Shown here one piece after another: positions 21,447 to 35,200 of a stretch of DNA of 64,000 nt (the first letter of the stretch is position 1; every line of letters begins with the position of its first letter). The DNA is taken from contig OX337229.1 of NCBI GenBank assembly GCA_946965045.2, forward strand, positions 6,262,001 through 6,326,000, given 5' to 3'. Below the pieces are notes generated by a model. The model saw only the letters and a program-made list of their open reading frames with translations, did no database searches and was not told where the DNA came from. Origin of the DNA: Epithemia pelagica. Taxonomy: Eukaryota; Protista; Bacillariophyta. Made by a program: the position numbers and the translations under genes.

Positions 21447-23406
21447 TCCGACTGGTGGGGGGAGACGGTCGTGAAATGGTTGTGTATGTCGTCGATGGGG
21501 AGTCGCTAAATGGTAAAACAAACTGGGGAATATCCCAACGGTCCACGGACCTACAAACGGTCTGTTGAGCCAATTGGAAATGAGATGTGTAATCAATGGG
21601 ATGGAACGCATACACCATTCATAGCGATGCAGAATAACTGTTGCGTCCAAGAATAAGCGACTTGTTTTGTTTTGCAAAGCAGGCATGATAACGCAGCTCG
21701 CTTTTGCAAGCCTCGTTTTCATGACTTGATCTATACTTGGCTTCATCTTTTGCTTCAACGTCATGGGCTGAAACAAAGGTGCCCTCCAAGTACAAGAGCA
21801 CGACAGCGGCATTCGTGTTGGAAAGTTCCATCTCTCGTCGGGATCCCATTGCTGTTTCACCACAAACAACAACAAAAACGAATGTTTGTTACAGGGTTTG
21901 ATGAAACAGCCGTGAGTTGTCGCATGCAAGTGAGGCTCCTCCATTCCCAAACGCATCACTACTGATCTGAGTCAAGTCTATGAGGATGCGATGGCGCGTT
22001 GAAATCGAGCAGACTCAAGTCTCAATATTGCTATACGAAGACCCCCTTTCCAAAGTTTGGTCCCATGCTGTCGAGCCGTCTGGTATCGATCCTACCCGAG
22101 TACCTACCTAGTTTCGCAAGGACACGTCATCATGTGTCATGAGTCTCTGGGTGGTCACACGACCCCGCACTGCAGGACGATACCAAAAGAGGCAGTGACT
22201 CTCTCCGACCCACCACCACCACCACCCTCTGTGTGTGGTAACACCACTCGACACACTCCATTCCATTCCGATACTCTTCCACCCACCCACCCACACAACC
22301 AACCACAACAACAGGATATCTCGATGGACAACGGTCCACAGCGTGTCGCGTTGGGTATATCGCCTGACCAGAAACCTAGTTCCGTCGGTACTCTCAAACC
22401 ACCAGCACCCTCGGTCAGTACCCAATACAACGCATACGAATACGAAACCCCATTTTTAGGGACACACATGTAGGAATGGTTCTGGAATGCGTCTAGGGAG
22501 GCAAAAAGTCCTACTAGTGGTCCCGAGCATGTGCACCATGGTTGTGGACGATTCTTCCAGGCGCACACAACTCTTCTAGCTAGTCGCTATCCCTAGGGTT
22601 TGTTGTGGTTGTTGTATTCGCAAGGCAGGTAGATGATTGTTTCTTGGGAGTGTATTCCAAAGTCCATCCTGGTGGCAATGCTTCTCTTCTCTACTAGGAG
22701 TAGGCTGGATGATGGGAGTAGAGGCGTGTTCTTTGAAGGAATGTGTAGCTAGGAGAATGCCAAAAAATGGCGACACAAAAAGGGGAGAGGCCCAGCCTTT
22801 TTTCGACACACCATAACAAAAGGCCATTGAGGCGGCCCTTTTGGTTGTTTTGTGTTCCACGTGTCGATTGTGGGAGTCGCGTGTGGTACTCGCTTCCAAC
22901 AACCCTGCATCCCCTTTTTCCCGTCTCAATTTCCGAGTCTACCCAGGAAAATGCCGTTTATGTAGGATAAAATGTGTAGTTTCTCTCCTCGTCGGCCTTG
23001 GAACGGGAAAAAGATCCTCGACATATCCAGCAAACGGGACGGAATGTGCCGGGAAATTGATGACGCGCTGCTTTTTCGTTCGTCCGTTCCACACTCACGT
23101 CAGTGACTTTGCACTACGTTCCAGCAGACAGAACTTTTGAATTCACACTATGGAGTATAGTATACAATTCTGTGTTGGTTGAGGATTAAGGCTTTTCGGG
23201 CTCAAAAGGAGCCGTGTCTGACAAACAGCCGGTCGATGCGACATCGTGGCAGAGATTCGTCCCCGTCGCAAGATTCCAAAAGTGCACCACGCACGACGAA
23301 GGATAGCATTCGACTGCAACCCTTGACGGCCACACGATACCTTCCACTTCTCACTCATTCTCATTGCAAGATCCTGGTACGTGCAACGCTCTCTCGTCTT
23401 TTTTTT

Positions 23407-23440
<34 letters not shown>

Positions 23441-23470
23441 TTTCACGATCCAGCACGACGACGACGACAA
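23407..23470 (+). repeat. (GAC)n microsatellite upstream of the aldolase
   Basis: Direct reading: long CGA/GAC run with a short interruption. Confidence 0.9.
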
Positions 23471-23566
23471 CCCGCCCTTACTCATTGGTCATTGCTTGTT
23501 CCTTTTTCTATTCTCTTGCTGCTCTCATAATCTCTTGGAATCCTTTTTTAGTAAATCATCTTCATC

Positions 23567-24457
23567 ATGCCCAACGCGGAACAAACGGAAAAGATTGCTT
23601 CCGGTCAAGGTTTCTTGGCCGCCTTGGACCAATCGGGTGGGAGTACCCCCAAGGCCTTGGGCTTGTACGGTGTGACCGAAGACATGTTTACGCCCGACAC
23701 CATGTTTGATGTCATTCACGAAATGCGTACCCGCATCATGACAGCCAAGGGCTTTACCGGCGACCGTGTCTTGGGTGCCATTTTGTTTGAAAATACCATG
23801 GACCGGACCGTCGAGGGCAAGCCGAGTGCCGAATACTTGTGGGACGTCAAGCAAGTGGTGCCCTTTTTGAAATGCGACAAGGGCTTGCAAGAATTGGCCA
23901 ATGGCGTGCAACTCATGAAACCCATGCCGCATTTGGACGACTTGATGGAACGGGCCTCCAAGGCGGGCATTTTTGGCACCAAGATGCGCAGTGTCATTAA
24001 GGAAGCCAATGAAGAAGGCATCCAGGCCATTGTTGCGCAACAATTTGAAATTGGCAAGCAAATTTTGAGCCATGGATTGGTGCCCATCATTGAACCCGAA
24101 GTCGACATTAAAAGTCCCACCAAGCAAGAATGCGAAGACATTCTCAAGGCGGCCATTCTCAAGGAATTGGATGCCTTGGACGACGGCATTCAAGTCATGT
24201 TGAAATTGTCCTTGCCCAGCACGGTCAACTTTTACAAGGAATGCGTCGATCATCCCAAATGCCTCAAGGTCGTGGCCTTGTCGGGTGGTTATGCCCGGGA
24301 GGAGGCCAATGCCATTTTGGCCCAACAAACGGGCATGATTGGATCCTTTTCGCGAGCCTTGACGGAAGGTTTGACCAAGCAAATGTCGGATGACGACTTT
24401 GAAGCCACCTTGGACAAGACCATTCAAGGCATTTACGAAGCCTCCATTGCCGGTTAA
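23567..24457 (+). CDS. FBA: Class I fructose-1,6-bisphosphate aldolase, bacterial type, no targeting peptide (296 aa)
   Basis: GFLAALDQSGGSTPKAL, GAILFENTM, VPFLKCDKG, FGTKMRSVI, VPIIEPEVDI, VMLKLSLP, VVALSGGY, SFSRAL; strongly biased codon usage. Confidence 0.96.
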   Translation: MPNAEQTEKIASGQGFLAALDQSGGSTPKALGLYGVTEDMFTPDTMFDVIHEMRTRIMTAKGFTGDRVLGAILFENTMDRTVEGKPSAEYLWDVKQVVPFLKCDKGLQELANGVQLMKPMPHLDDLMERASKAGIFGTKMRSVIKEANEEGIQAIVAQQFEIGKQILSHGLVPIIEPEVDIKSPTKQECEDILKAAILKELDALDDGIQVMLKLSLPSTVNFYKECVDHPKCLKVVALSGGYAREEANAILAQQTGMIGSFSRALTEGLTKQMSDDDFEATLDKTIQGIYEASIAG

Positions 24458-24465
24458 GTGCTGGC

Positions 24466-24487
24466 GTGTGTGTGTGTGTGTGTGTGA
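24466..24487 (+). repeat. (TG)n microsatellite
   Basis: Direct reading just 3' of the aldolase stop codon. Confidence 0.9.
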
Positions 24488-26275
24488 GCCATGGTTGGAG
24501 GAAGTGTGTGTGTGTAATGTTCCATGACATACACAAGGACGACGACCAGGATCCATACCCTACTGCCTAACAGTATCCCCAAACGACGACTATAAAAGAA
24601 ACGCGCGCTATGGAATTGAACGAACTTGTAGAATCCATACATGGAATCGTATGTTGATAACACAAACTAATGATACCTTGCCTGTGCGATCCGACTAGAG
24701 TGACATACAAGAGAGAAGCAAACTCTTCCTGAATGTCTTGGCCACGAGGCGCAGTCACTCATCTTTGATTCGCCGTAGGATTGGTCCAAGCTCACCCATC
24801 AATTCGTCTTGTTGGCAACGACCAAAAAAAGGGAACGACCAAGTGCAAGGACCTCGTCGTTCACAACTTCTCGTTCGCGCGCTAGTCGGCGTTCCACCTT
24901 CCAACGTTCAAGGGATTTCTGCCGGACGGTCATTCTGTAGTAGGTCGTCCAGATAAAAGAAAGAGTCCCTCGAGCGTCTAGAAACAGATGGAATCTATCA
25001 AGACGAGACACCCCAAACGCTCGAGTTGGACAAAGGAGCCTCCTTTGTCCAAATCGAGCGATTCGGGTGTCTCGTTTTGGTAGATTCCATCTCCAGCCAG
25101 GGATAGAATTCCAAATCACATCACAGTGGCACTCCACTGCGGATGATTGCACTCCCGTTTCCGGTCCGTCTGGTCCGCAAAAAGCCGTCACAGGACTTTG
25201 TGGTGGGAGTCGTTTGGTATGTGTTGTGGTTGCCGCGAGGAGTATATTCTCTCGTCCTTGACCACCACCACCACCACCACCACGACTCTTATGCTGGGCG
25301 AAACCAACCGACTGGAGGAGCAAACCGCATTCGCAACACAAGAACAAGAAGGAGGAGGTGCTGGTCGTGTCAAACTACTCATTCGGATGGGTTCCCCCAA
25401 AACATCACTGCTGGTCTTGCCACACGAGTAATAGAGGGGTTCCTTCTTGGAGAGACAAGGGAAACTAGTACGGCGAAAGCAGTGTTGTGTGGTCCCACAC
25501 ACAACGAATGCTCTAGCTAGACGCAGTTTCCCGAATTTCGTTTTACAACTTGTCGTTGTTGTTGTTGTTGTTGAGAACCAGTAACAACACTTGTCCTCCT
25601 CCGCGTTCCACCACAAGCTCCCAATGGGTGGACGTACATTGACTGGATCATTCAGTAGGAGGAATCGCAGCACTACTTCTGGCGCGGCAAATCCTAATTT
25701 GGTTCCAGAGTTGGGGGACACAACGAGAACAGAAGAAGAAGAAGAGGAAGGATGGGAGTACTTGGTTGTGTGCGTCTTGGTCCATTCGACAACAACAACA
25801 ACAACAGAATATGTAATATATACCTAGTCTCTTGTGTTGTGCATCCAAGACTTGAGCGATTTTGTGTGTCACACAACACGATATCCTTTGCTCATCTCTT
25901 GGGGCCTTTTCGTGGTTTGGGCATATACAACATTTGAAATCACAATGACTCCACCTATGGATTTGGAGCCGTTGGGACTGTAGAAAGTATACTTTAGTAC
26001 GATGTCAAGGGTCATTGGTAATAGAGTTCGTTCCCCCCGTTTCCCCTAACAACTAATAACGCCGTCACGCGCATCAACAACAGAACAATATAGCACCTTT
26101 GTAATACCTTCCTCCCCTCCAATTGCTCGTTTGGAAAGGCTCTTTTGTGTCCGACAACAACAAGAACAAGAAGAACAACAACAAGAACGATCGGGCTTGT
26201 GTGTGTGTCCAGATCTCTGTTTGATTCTTGTTGTGATTGCCAAAGAGCGAAACGAGAAATCTTGCTAGGTATTAG

Positions 26276-29200
26276 TTGCAGTTTTTTTGTGAAATCGAGA
26301 AAATGGTGTCATCACCACTACTCCAACCACCACCACAACCTTTGAAGCGACGACGGCGGCAACCGCCGAGTACCAACCACAACCACAACAACAACCGGGG
26401 ACGACAAGAGGACCACCCATTGTGGTTTGAGTGCCAGAATCGAAACGACAACAACCACAAGAACCTCTGTACGAACCACTGGAATGGGTGGTGGTTCTGT
26501 TTCTTCCACAATCCAGACGACAAGTGTCCAGGGGGAATAGGACCTTGTCGTCGTCTGGAGGGTGACCGAGTTTGGAACAGCAACAAGAAGGGAATTCGAG
26601 CCGAAATGACAGGGAACACAACCAAAACAACGATACGAAGAAGGCGCAGTCGCAACCGCCATGAGACTCCACTCTACGGGCGGTTCGGTTTCGTTTGGCT
26701 CGTGGTATGGTTGTCGGTTCTGGGAACCGCTGCAGTTGCAGCAGTAACCACACACGACGAACCCCAACAAGCACAAGAAGAAGGACATGCGCAAGAACAA
26801 ACACGACAACGACGACTGGGTCGAGGAATGATGGGTGCCACACCTCCACCATCACCACCATTGTCTCCAACGACCCGACGGAGCAGCAGGAGGATTGGTT
26901 CTTCTTCTTCTTCTTCACCACCCGAGCTAGTACACTCGCAGCAAACTCAAACGCAACCACACAAAAAGCAACCACAACAACAACCACAAGGATACATTCG
27001 ACGTGCCAATCGAGCCCTCCGCGATTCGCAAAAGCCTCGACATGACGACAACGACACTAACGAGTCTACTACGACGACAACAACAACAACCACTCGACAC
27101 ACTCGGCGAAACTTGCGTTCGTCGTCGTCCTCCTCCTCTTTGTCTATTCCTAGGGCCAATAGCAACCACAAGAGTGACAAGAATCACGACCACAAGGTCC
27201 CGGAGCAACGGTCCACCAATATTCGTAGAAAAAGGAGGAAGAGTGACACCACCAATCATTCTCCTGCTGGTACCAACAACCACAACAATACCAGCAACAG
27301 TTCTGTCACGACAACCACCACCACAATACAACAACAACAACGAGCGTTGCGTCGTCCCTCGAACCGTCATGCGAATGCGGAACGAGTCCTTCTTACCACG
27401 AATACGACTCATCGCATTTACTTTGACGCGGTGCAGGTGCAAATCAATATGGTCTTGCCCATTGCCTGTACCGATGCGGGGGCGGCCACGGTTCGCAATG
27501 CGGCTCAGGTCGTGTTGCACACGGTACTTGTGGACACTGCGGCCAATGACACGAATACGACGACTTGTGAAACACAATGGAATCAATTGCAACTCGTCTT
27601 GTTTCCCAATGCCAGTAGTGCCACGACGACTACGACGACGACGAGGGATTGGACGCCGGTCGATTTGATTGTGGGAGTTCCTGGTACCTGTCTCAACAAC
27701 CAGAACGCCACCAGCAACATGTGGATTGAGTTGCCCGGAGGCGTCTTGGAATACGAAACCACTCGAGTAATACCTCTCGTCGTCAATGATTCTCTGGTGG
27801 AGGCACAAGCTTCGGCCTTGGTCCAAGACTGTGTGGAATCCATTTTGGGTTCGACCGCCATGGTCTCGGAATTGCAATCCAGTTATGCCTTTGTGTCGGG
27901 CGTCCAAGTGGTGCCCGACCCCACCCTGGCTCCTTCGGTACAACCATCGGCGGTCCCCACGGCATCCGTGGCGCCTTCCACGACAGCTCCCACAATCACA
28001 CCCACTACAGTTCCCACAATGACAGCTCCCACAACGGCAGTTCCCAGTCGTAGTCCCACAACTGCACCTATCACAGCCATACCCACGACCAGTAGGCCCA
28101 CAACGAGCGCACCCGTGTCGTCGCCATCGTTGGTACCCACAACATCACCAGTGGCCAGCACCAACGTGCCGTCGGAACGTCCGTCGGAACAACAAGCCTT
28201 GTTACAACCGTCTCCCACGGCCGCTCCTTCCCAGACTGCAGCAACCTCAACAACTGTTCCGACGAGTTCCTCCACAGTACCCCCGACGAATAACCGGCCA
28301 ACAACGACAATGCCCACGCCACAAGGTTCCAGTAGCAGTACCACCCAAATGCCAACTTCTGCACCAAGTAGTAGTACTACGACCACAACACCATCGTCGC
28401 CGAACGTACCCACGGCTCCACCCACACCAACACCATCCTTGGTGGTGGTCCCCAACGTACCCACTGCCTTACCCACCCAGCCATCTACCGGTACAGACTT
28501 TCCAAGCTTTTCAGCGACAAGAGGGAGTCCCTCTCCCACGGCGACCACTGCTGTACCAACCACAACACCCTCCAGTGTTCCGACCGTGATTCAAAATCTC
28601 CCTCCTTCGTCGGGAGGGACTGGTACTACTCCTACTACCCCTACAGTACCTCCATCGTCGTTGGGGATGACAAAGGCTCCGACCAACCTTCCATCCACGG
28701 TACCATCATCAGTTCCCTCACTGCATCCCGAACAGACACCGGTCGTGGTGGCACAGCAACAAGGCACGAACGACGACGATGAATTTGACGAACAAGTGGC
28801 CGTTTCGGATCGAACCAATGAGATTGCGGCTTCCAACAATGACAATGACAAAGATGGACGGTGGAGTCCCCGACGGTTAGCTCTTGTGGTGATTTGTGGA
28901 AGTATCCTTGTTTACTTGCTGCCCTTTACCGTGTCGCTCGTGTATGCGTCGGCTCGCACGCAGTATCAAAAGGCCAAGACGAAAAAAGAGGAGCAAGAAA
29001 AACAACAACAACAAATGCTACTTCTACAGGCTGGCAATGTCCGGTTGGATGATCAGGACGACTCGTCGTCGTCATCGTCTGGTACATCGTTGGTGGTCGA
29101 ACACTTGTTGCACAGAGATGATCGCCATGGACCGGATGGGGCGGCGGGGTCTAGTCTGGATACCAGTTACACTTATGAAAGTTTCCCTTCCATGGTCTCC

Positions 29201-32200
29201 TTGAGCGGCAATTCCAAAAAGAACGACGACGGCAAGACCAGACGAGGACGACGCCAAACGAAGAACAAGAAGCAATTTCCGCGTCAAGTGCAACGTGAAC
29301 AACAAGCTCAACAAGAAGGAGAGCGACCCGAGCAACGTCCCATGGCGGGTACTACCACCACGACAAGTCGTAGTATTCATTTCCATGCATCACCAACCGA
29401 CGAAAGGGACGACCGGTTCGAACTAGAGGAGGATGGTCAGACGGTCGAGTCGGTCACAATCCGACACAGCAACCGTGCTCTCGATCACGATCCTATGCAT
29501 GACTACTTTGATATTACCACCGACGAAGACGACGAAGATGTCATCGAAAGCGAGGAAAGTGAAGAGGAACAGTTTTACGATGAACTGATGGAACCCGCCC
29601 GACGGCATACCGTGGTACCCATAGGATTGGGAACCCTTCCCAACCGCACTCTGGAACGGAACCAGGATTCGCTACAAAGCAGCAGGAGAGCGCTTCAACC
29701 GGAGGAGCGAATGCAAAAAGCTCCTACGCACAATCCGCCGTTTCATCCCAAGCCCGAAGCAACGAAACCGTTGCGGTATGAGGAAAATAAAGATGCGGTG
29801 CTATACCAAAAAGCCAACGATTACCTTGGTAGACCTGCGGCTGGCTCTAAGGATGAGCTCGTCACCTCTAATACGAGTATGAGAGAAAAACAGCAGCTGC
29901 CTCTTCAAGAAGCAGGTCGACATGGCTATGCATTGGCAGCTCATGACAAGGATCAAATTGCTCTGGTGGAATCCGCAGAGTTTACAAGTCCCAGTGAGCA
30001 CGACATTTCAGATCGTACAGCAAATCACTCCATCGAGGCTTCCGAGTCCCCAATCAAGATGCGGTACCCTCAACGTCACAGCATTGGTGCGAGACCACCC
30101 GACGACGATGGGAAGATTCTCTTGGTAGACACAGTCATGATGCAGCCAAGTTATTTCGATGACAAGGACACGGAAAAGATGGAACCATTGACAACACCAG
30201 AAAGCGTCCCGCAACCAAGTTCACCATGGTTGGTGCAGTTGCAACGACGCCGACATAGCTGTGCTGGTAATCTGGAACAGCCGAAAACATCATCATCATC
30301 ATCTTCTTCTTCTTCTTCTCCTGGGGACAAAACTACCGAGGTCATGAAACAATCACCATTGGTTCCAGACAAACAAGCATCCATAGAAGAAGATGCAGAT
30401 GGTGCGGAGAGCATTGCCAGTATTCATCCGTTGGCTGCTGCTCAGGTAATTCCTGGGACGGAAACGAGTTGGGCGCATTTGTCCTTTGGGCAAATGTCGG
30501 CACATCCTTCGCCGCGATCCACTTCTTTGTTGAGATCACCCGATGACGATACAACGACAAGCAGCGCCAGCGATTGGATGTCACCGGCTTCCCCACATTT
30601 GTCGAGACAACAGTCTCCTCGCTCGAAACCGGATCAAGGTGCGGAGACAACTGAGGTAATTGTCTCTTCTCCGACTCAGCAAGTTCATGTCGAGAAGCGA
30701 TCCGTTGGCACTCTTACAAACCTTCTCCATCAAATATCAAAGAGGCAAATGGAAAATTATCCTCACATGGTTACTGCCCAAGAAGGCTCATCAGAAGGCT
30801 CTGCAAGTGACAGCAATAGCAGCGATACATCAAATCTCCACATCCACGTGGGCTCTGTTTCACTGAACGAGGATGGTGTGGAACATTCCGAGCCGGCATT
30901 GCGAGCATCTTTGCAACAAAACAATGAGATGCTGGTCTTACAGAGCAGTGAATCACAGAAGATGGACGAATCAGGCTCAGATTCCGATGAATCCCAGTCA
31001 CGGGGATATTTCATGGGTGTAGATCAAACTACATCAAAAGGACAGAAATCAGCGGACAAGGTAGACGACGCTGAAAGTATTGTTAGCATTGAGCCACCTA
31101 CAGTCACGGGTGCCACTCCCGGCACGGAAACCAGCTGGGCCCACCTCTCACTAGGGCAGCTAGGTTCTAAATCTCCACCAACCCCAACATCATCTTTGTT
31201 GGGCAATAAGACAGCACCTGGCGATGAAAGCCCACAAAGGAGCGCGAGCAGTTGGATCTCATCGGATTCCCCACAACAACGGTCTGTTCAAGGATCACTT
31301 CGTCCGGAGTTGGATGGAAACAGATCCGAGAGGCAAGCTGTCACATCGCTACGCCGAGGCACACAAAGACCGACCGGCAACCTGACGAACCTTCTTCGTG
31401 AATTATCGCTCAGAGATATGGAGAACAGCGGTAAAAACAGTCATCAAATCGCAATGGCAGCCCTTTCGCAAAATGTCAGCAACAGCAGTGACTCGACTGG
31501 TCTTCATATCGACCTTGCTTCTGTCTCTACGACGGATCATTCGGAACATCATGAATCGTTGTTACAAGCCACCTTGCAACAAAGTAACGACATGTTGATC
31601 TTACGAAGCGGTATCGACGAATCAAGCTCATTTGGGGAAAACTCTGTTGGTGAATCTGACTTTCTCCCTACCGATGAAAAAAGTGAGCTCTTACATCCAG
31701 GATCGTCAGCGTTAGATGTGGATCCGACTAGTTCCGTTAGATTCGAGGAGAGTACCCACTTGTCAAGTGGTATCAGCCCCCGTTCAGAACAGACAAGCAA
31801 TTATGCAACCGATTTATCGAACGCCCCGAATTCCAGAGATACGATGGTCGTTCTTGGTCAACCGTCGCCAAGGGAAATATCATCTCAAACTTACGACAGC
31901 TGCAGTGTAGATAGTCCCCTGGTTGATATCCATTCCGTCTCCTCGATGGATCAGTCTTCAGCGATGTCCCAAAGTTCGATGCCTCAAGACACTCACACAC
32001 GACGTTTGAACTACGAGCCTGTTGGTGATCCTATCATTTCAAGTAGCGACATGGATGGCACAGTGGCTGATACCACGGATTCCCCCTTGAAAAACGATGA
32101 TCTACCTCGCAATGATGAAGCCGACATCGCCATTACAGCATCACAGTCAAGTGGCCTCCAACCACGCATCGACGATACTTCGGCGGATGAAAAACTACGA

Positions 32201-35200
32201 CTTGAGGAACAGAAAAGTCTTGTTCTTGGCAAAACGTTGAAAGATGCAAAGTCCTTAGACAACAACCATAAGGACATTTGTGAGACAAATGTGGTCTTGG
32301 ATGATCCTATATCAGATGGGTCAGAAAGACGACACTCGCACGATGGGATGTCCTCACAGCATAGCCCCGAGAAACCAATCCATTATTGGCAGCGGCCCTA
32401 TGCGCGATCAATGGAACATATGCTTATTACAGATCAAGAGATGGAGCAGGTTGACGGGTCCTTGAGCCACACCAATAGTGATAGTCCTTACCACATGACG
32501 CTGATTCCACAGACGAGCCATGATTTGTCGGAGATAGCCCAAGATAATGAACAACTATTGTCAGAGAAGGATCGAGCCAACCCATCGTCTGTTCTACACG
32601 AATCCAGCGTTCCAAACGCCTCCTCCGAGCAGGATACCTTCTCTCTCTCCGTTTGTGGAGATGAAACAGCAGATGGCGACCATCAACAACCACTTGTGGT
32701 TTACGAAAGTGCCCCACCACAAACCTCACCTCTAGAGTCAAGAACAGACCAGGTAGTTGATAGCGACAACGACAACATCGATGACGAATATAGATGCGGC
32801 CAGACTGAACTGAAGTTCTTCGAGGAGGAACCTCCGTTTGCCAGACAAAAAGAAGGAGCAGTAGCTTTTGACGATGTTTCAACGAATGAAACAGCAGATG
32901 GCGACCATCTACCACCACTTGGGGTTTCCGAAAGTGCCCCACCAACACAAACCTCACCTCTAGAGTCAAGAACAGACCAGCGAGGCGATAGCGACAACTT
33001 CAACGACAGCATCGATGTCGAATATAAACGCGGCCAGACTGAATTGAAGCTCCACGAGGAGGAACCTGTAGCTCTTTTCGATGATTTCACGAAGCAAGTC
33101 GACGAAAGAGTGCACGATATCGACGAGCAACGAGGATTTGAGAACAATACAGAAAAGGCAAATTTCTTGTCTGAGATGGTATTGGAATCTAATGCCATGG
33201 CTATCTTGGACGAGATGCTCGACAGCGATGCTAAAGGAGGCACTTGTGACTCGCCTAGTCTTAGCGAGGATGACCACAATGCTTTCGGGGATGAGTTGTC
33301 GAACAGCAAGCCATCAGGCGATACCGAAAGTCCTGTAGAGTTTGCGGAATCACCAGAAACGATCATTGCCTATTCGGACCATCAACAAGAGGATGAAAAC
33401 GATGGCAATATTTCTGTTCCGCAGTCGTTATGTGCCGCGTTGCTGTCTCCTGTCGCAATGGAGAAGACATCGGGCAACCAACATCACCATGAAGATAAAG
33501 AGGAAGACTTGGTCGTTAACGAGGAAAACGAAAATCAAATTTTGAACATATCGCGAGATTCTCTTAATGAGATGTCCGCACAGCATAGTCCCGAGCATCC
33601 AATCAAGTACTGGCAACGGCCATACGCTCGATCGATGGAAGATGGCGTGGTTCCAGATCATGGAACGGAAGAGGATGACAGGTTTTGGAGCACGAGCAGT
33701 AATGAAAGTACAGGGCTACCTGATATGGAACGAGGTCCAGAAACTGGCGAACATTTGTTGAACTCATCCTTAAATGATAAAGTCCACCAGCCAGTCGATC
33801 AAAACGCGAATTCAAAGCCGAATAAAGCGGTAATCGATTTTATGAACTCGGAAAATGAACCAACTGATGACGTCGGTGCATTCCAGCATTCGTCTCCATC
33901 TTTAGACTCTGGAAACTCATCTTCTTCTCCCGTGGTAGCGTACAAGACGTCACATGACGAAACCGATCCTGAAAATATTGAACATGGCATGTTACATATG
34001 AATCAAACTTTGACCTTATCAAACACGCAAGCCTCACTCCATGACGGACCCCAACATTTGAGAGAGAAGTCGGAAGGTCAAGATGCCATCAATTCAACTT
34101 CTCAATTACAAGATGAGGAGCAGAAGAAGGGCACCATCGTCAATGACTCTCGCTCTCCAATGCCGTATCCTGAAGATATCGCTATAAACAGCTCTTTGGA
34201 TTCACAGCACCACAGACAACACGAAGACAAGCAGATGCAAGGAGCGCGACAAGAAATTGACAGCTCAACTACAACCTCAGGGGTAGTAAGCATACAAGAC
34301 TCACAAACCACATCCGTATCGGAGCCATCACAAAACGACTACCCTGAGAAAGATACATCTCAGGCTTTCTCGCTTCTTTTCCCAAAACCTTCACTCATGC
34401 ATTCGGACAGTTCATCCATGCATCCCGATACTTGGGACGACAACGGCGAGTCCAATGTGATGGTACCTTTGAAACCACTCTCTTCTTCTGCTGAGGATAA
34501 TGAGACTTCGGCTGAACCGAACGATCGCGAAGAATCAAGCGAGGCTTCTTTCGTGCCCCTGGACGACATGTCAATCCGTGCGAGTAATAAAAAGGACAAC
34601 AATCCACCCAATGCGAGGGCACCATTATCCCCGCAAGTGCTTCCAGCAAGAGATAGCGAGTCTTTCGATACATCGGACGGAGAATCTCAATCCATTGAGA
34701 CTTCTTTTGTGCCCTTGGACGATTTATCAGTTCGTCCTAGTAGTATGGATGACAGAAATGAGCCAAATCAGCAGATTGCGCTTTTATCCCCTATCTTTCC
34801 GACAGCCCAACACACCGACTCAATGGCTGAGAAGGACGCTGGAACTCAATCAAGCGAAACTTCTTTTGTGCCATTGGACGACATGTCAGTTCGTCCCTGT
34901 AGTAGCGAGAATACGTTTCACCAAGAGGTAATGGAACCGACGCTACAACCCTCATCAGCTTCCCAAGACACCATGGCTTCAGTAGAAGTAGAGGAAAAAT
35001 CTCAATCAAGCGAGCCTTTGAATGAATCAGAGGGAAAAGGCCAATCGAGTGACACTTCCTTTGTTCCACTGGACGATTCCTTTATGCTTGCTGAAACTGA
35101 AGGCAACAAGTTTGAACCAAATTTGATGACACGGCTATCGCCGGTGGGCAACGAGGCTTTGGCAGAAACGGAGGCCAAAGGCCAATCGAGTGACACTTCC

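Noticed and set aside
21180-23364. Several 70-260 aa ORFs on both strands
   Set aside because: No recognisable motifs; they overlap one another and are microsatellite-influenced.
23525-24556. 343-aa antisense ORF over the aldolase
   Set aside because: Typical antisense shadow of a gene with strong codon bias.
24738-26243. Short ORFs between the aldolase and the giant gene (e.g. 24799-25347, 25188-25721)
   Set aside because: Dominated by CAC/CAA/GTT microsatellites and no family could be recognised; a small spliced gene cannot be excluded.
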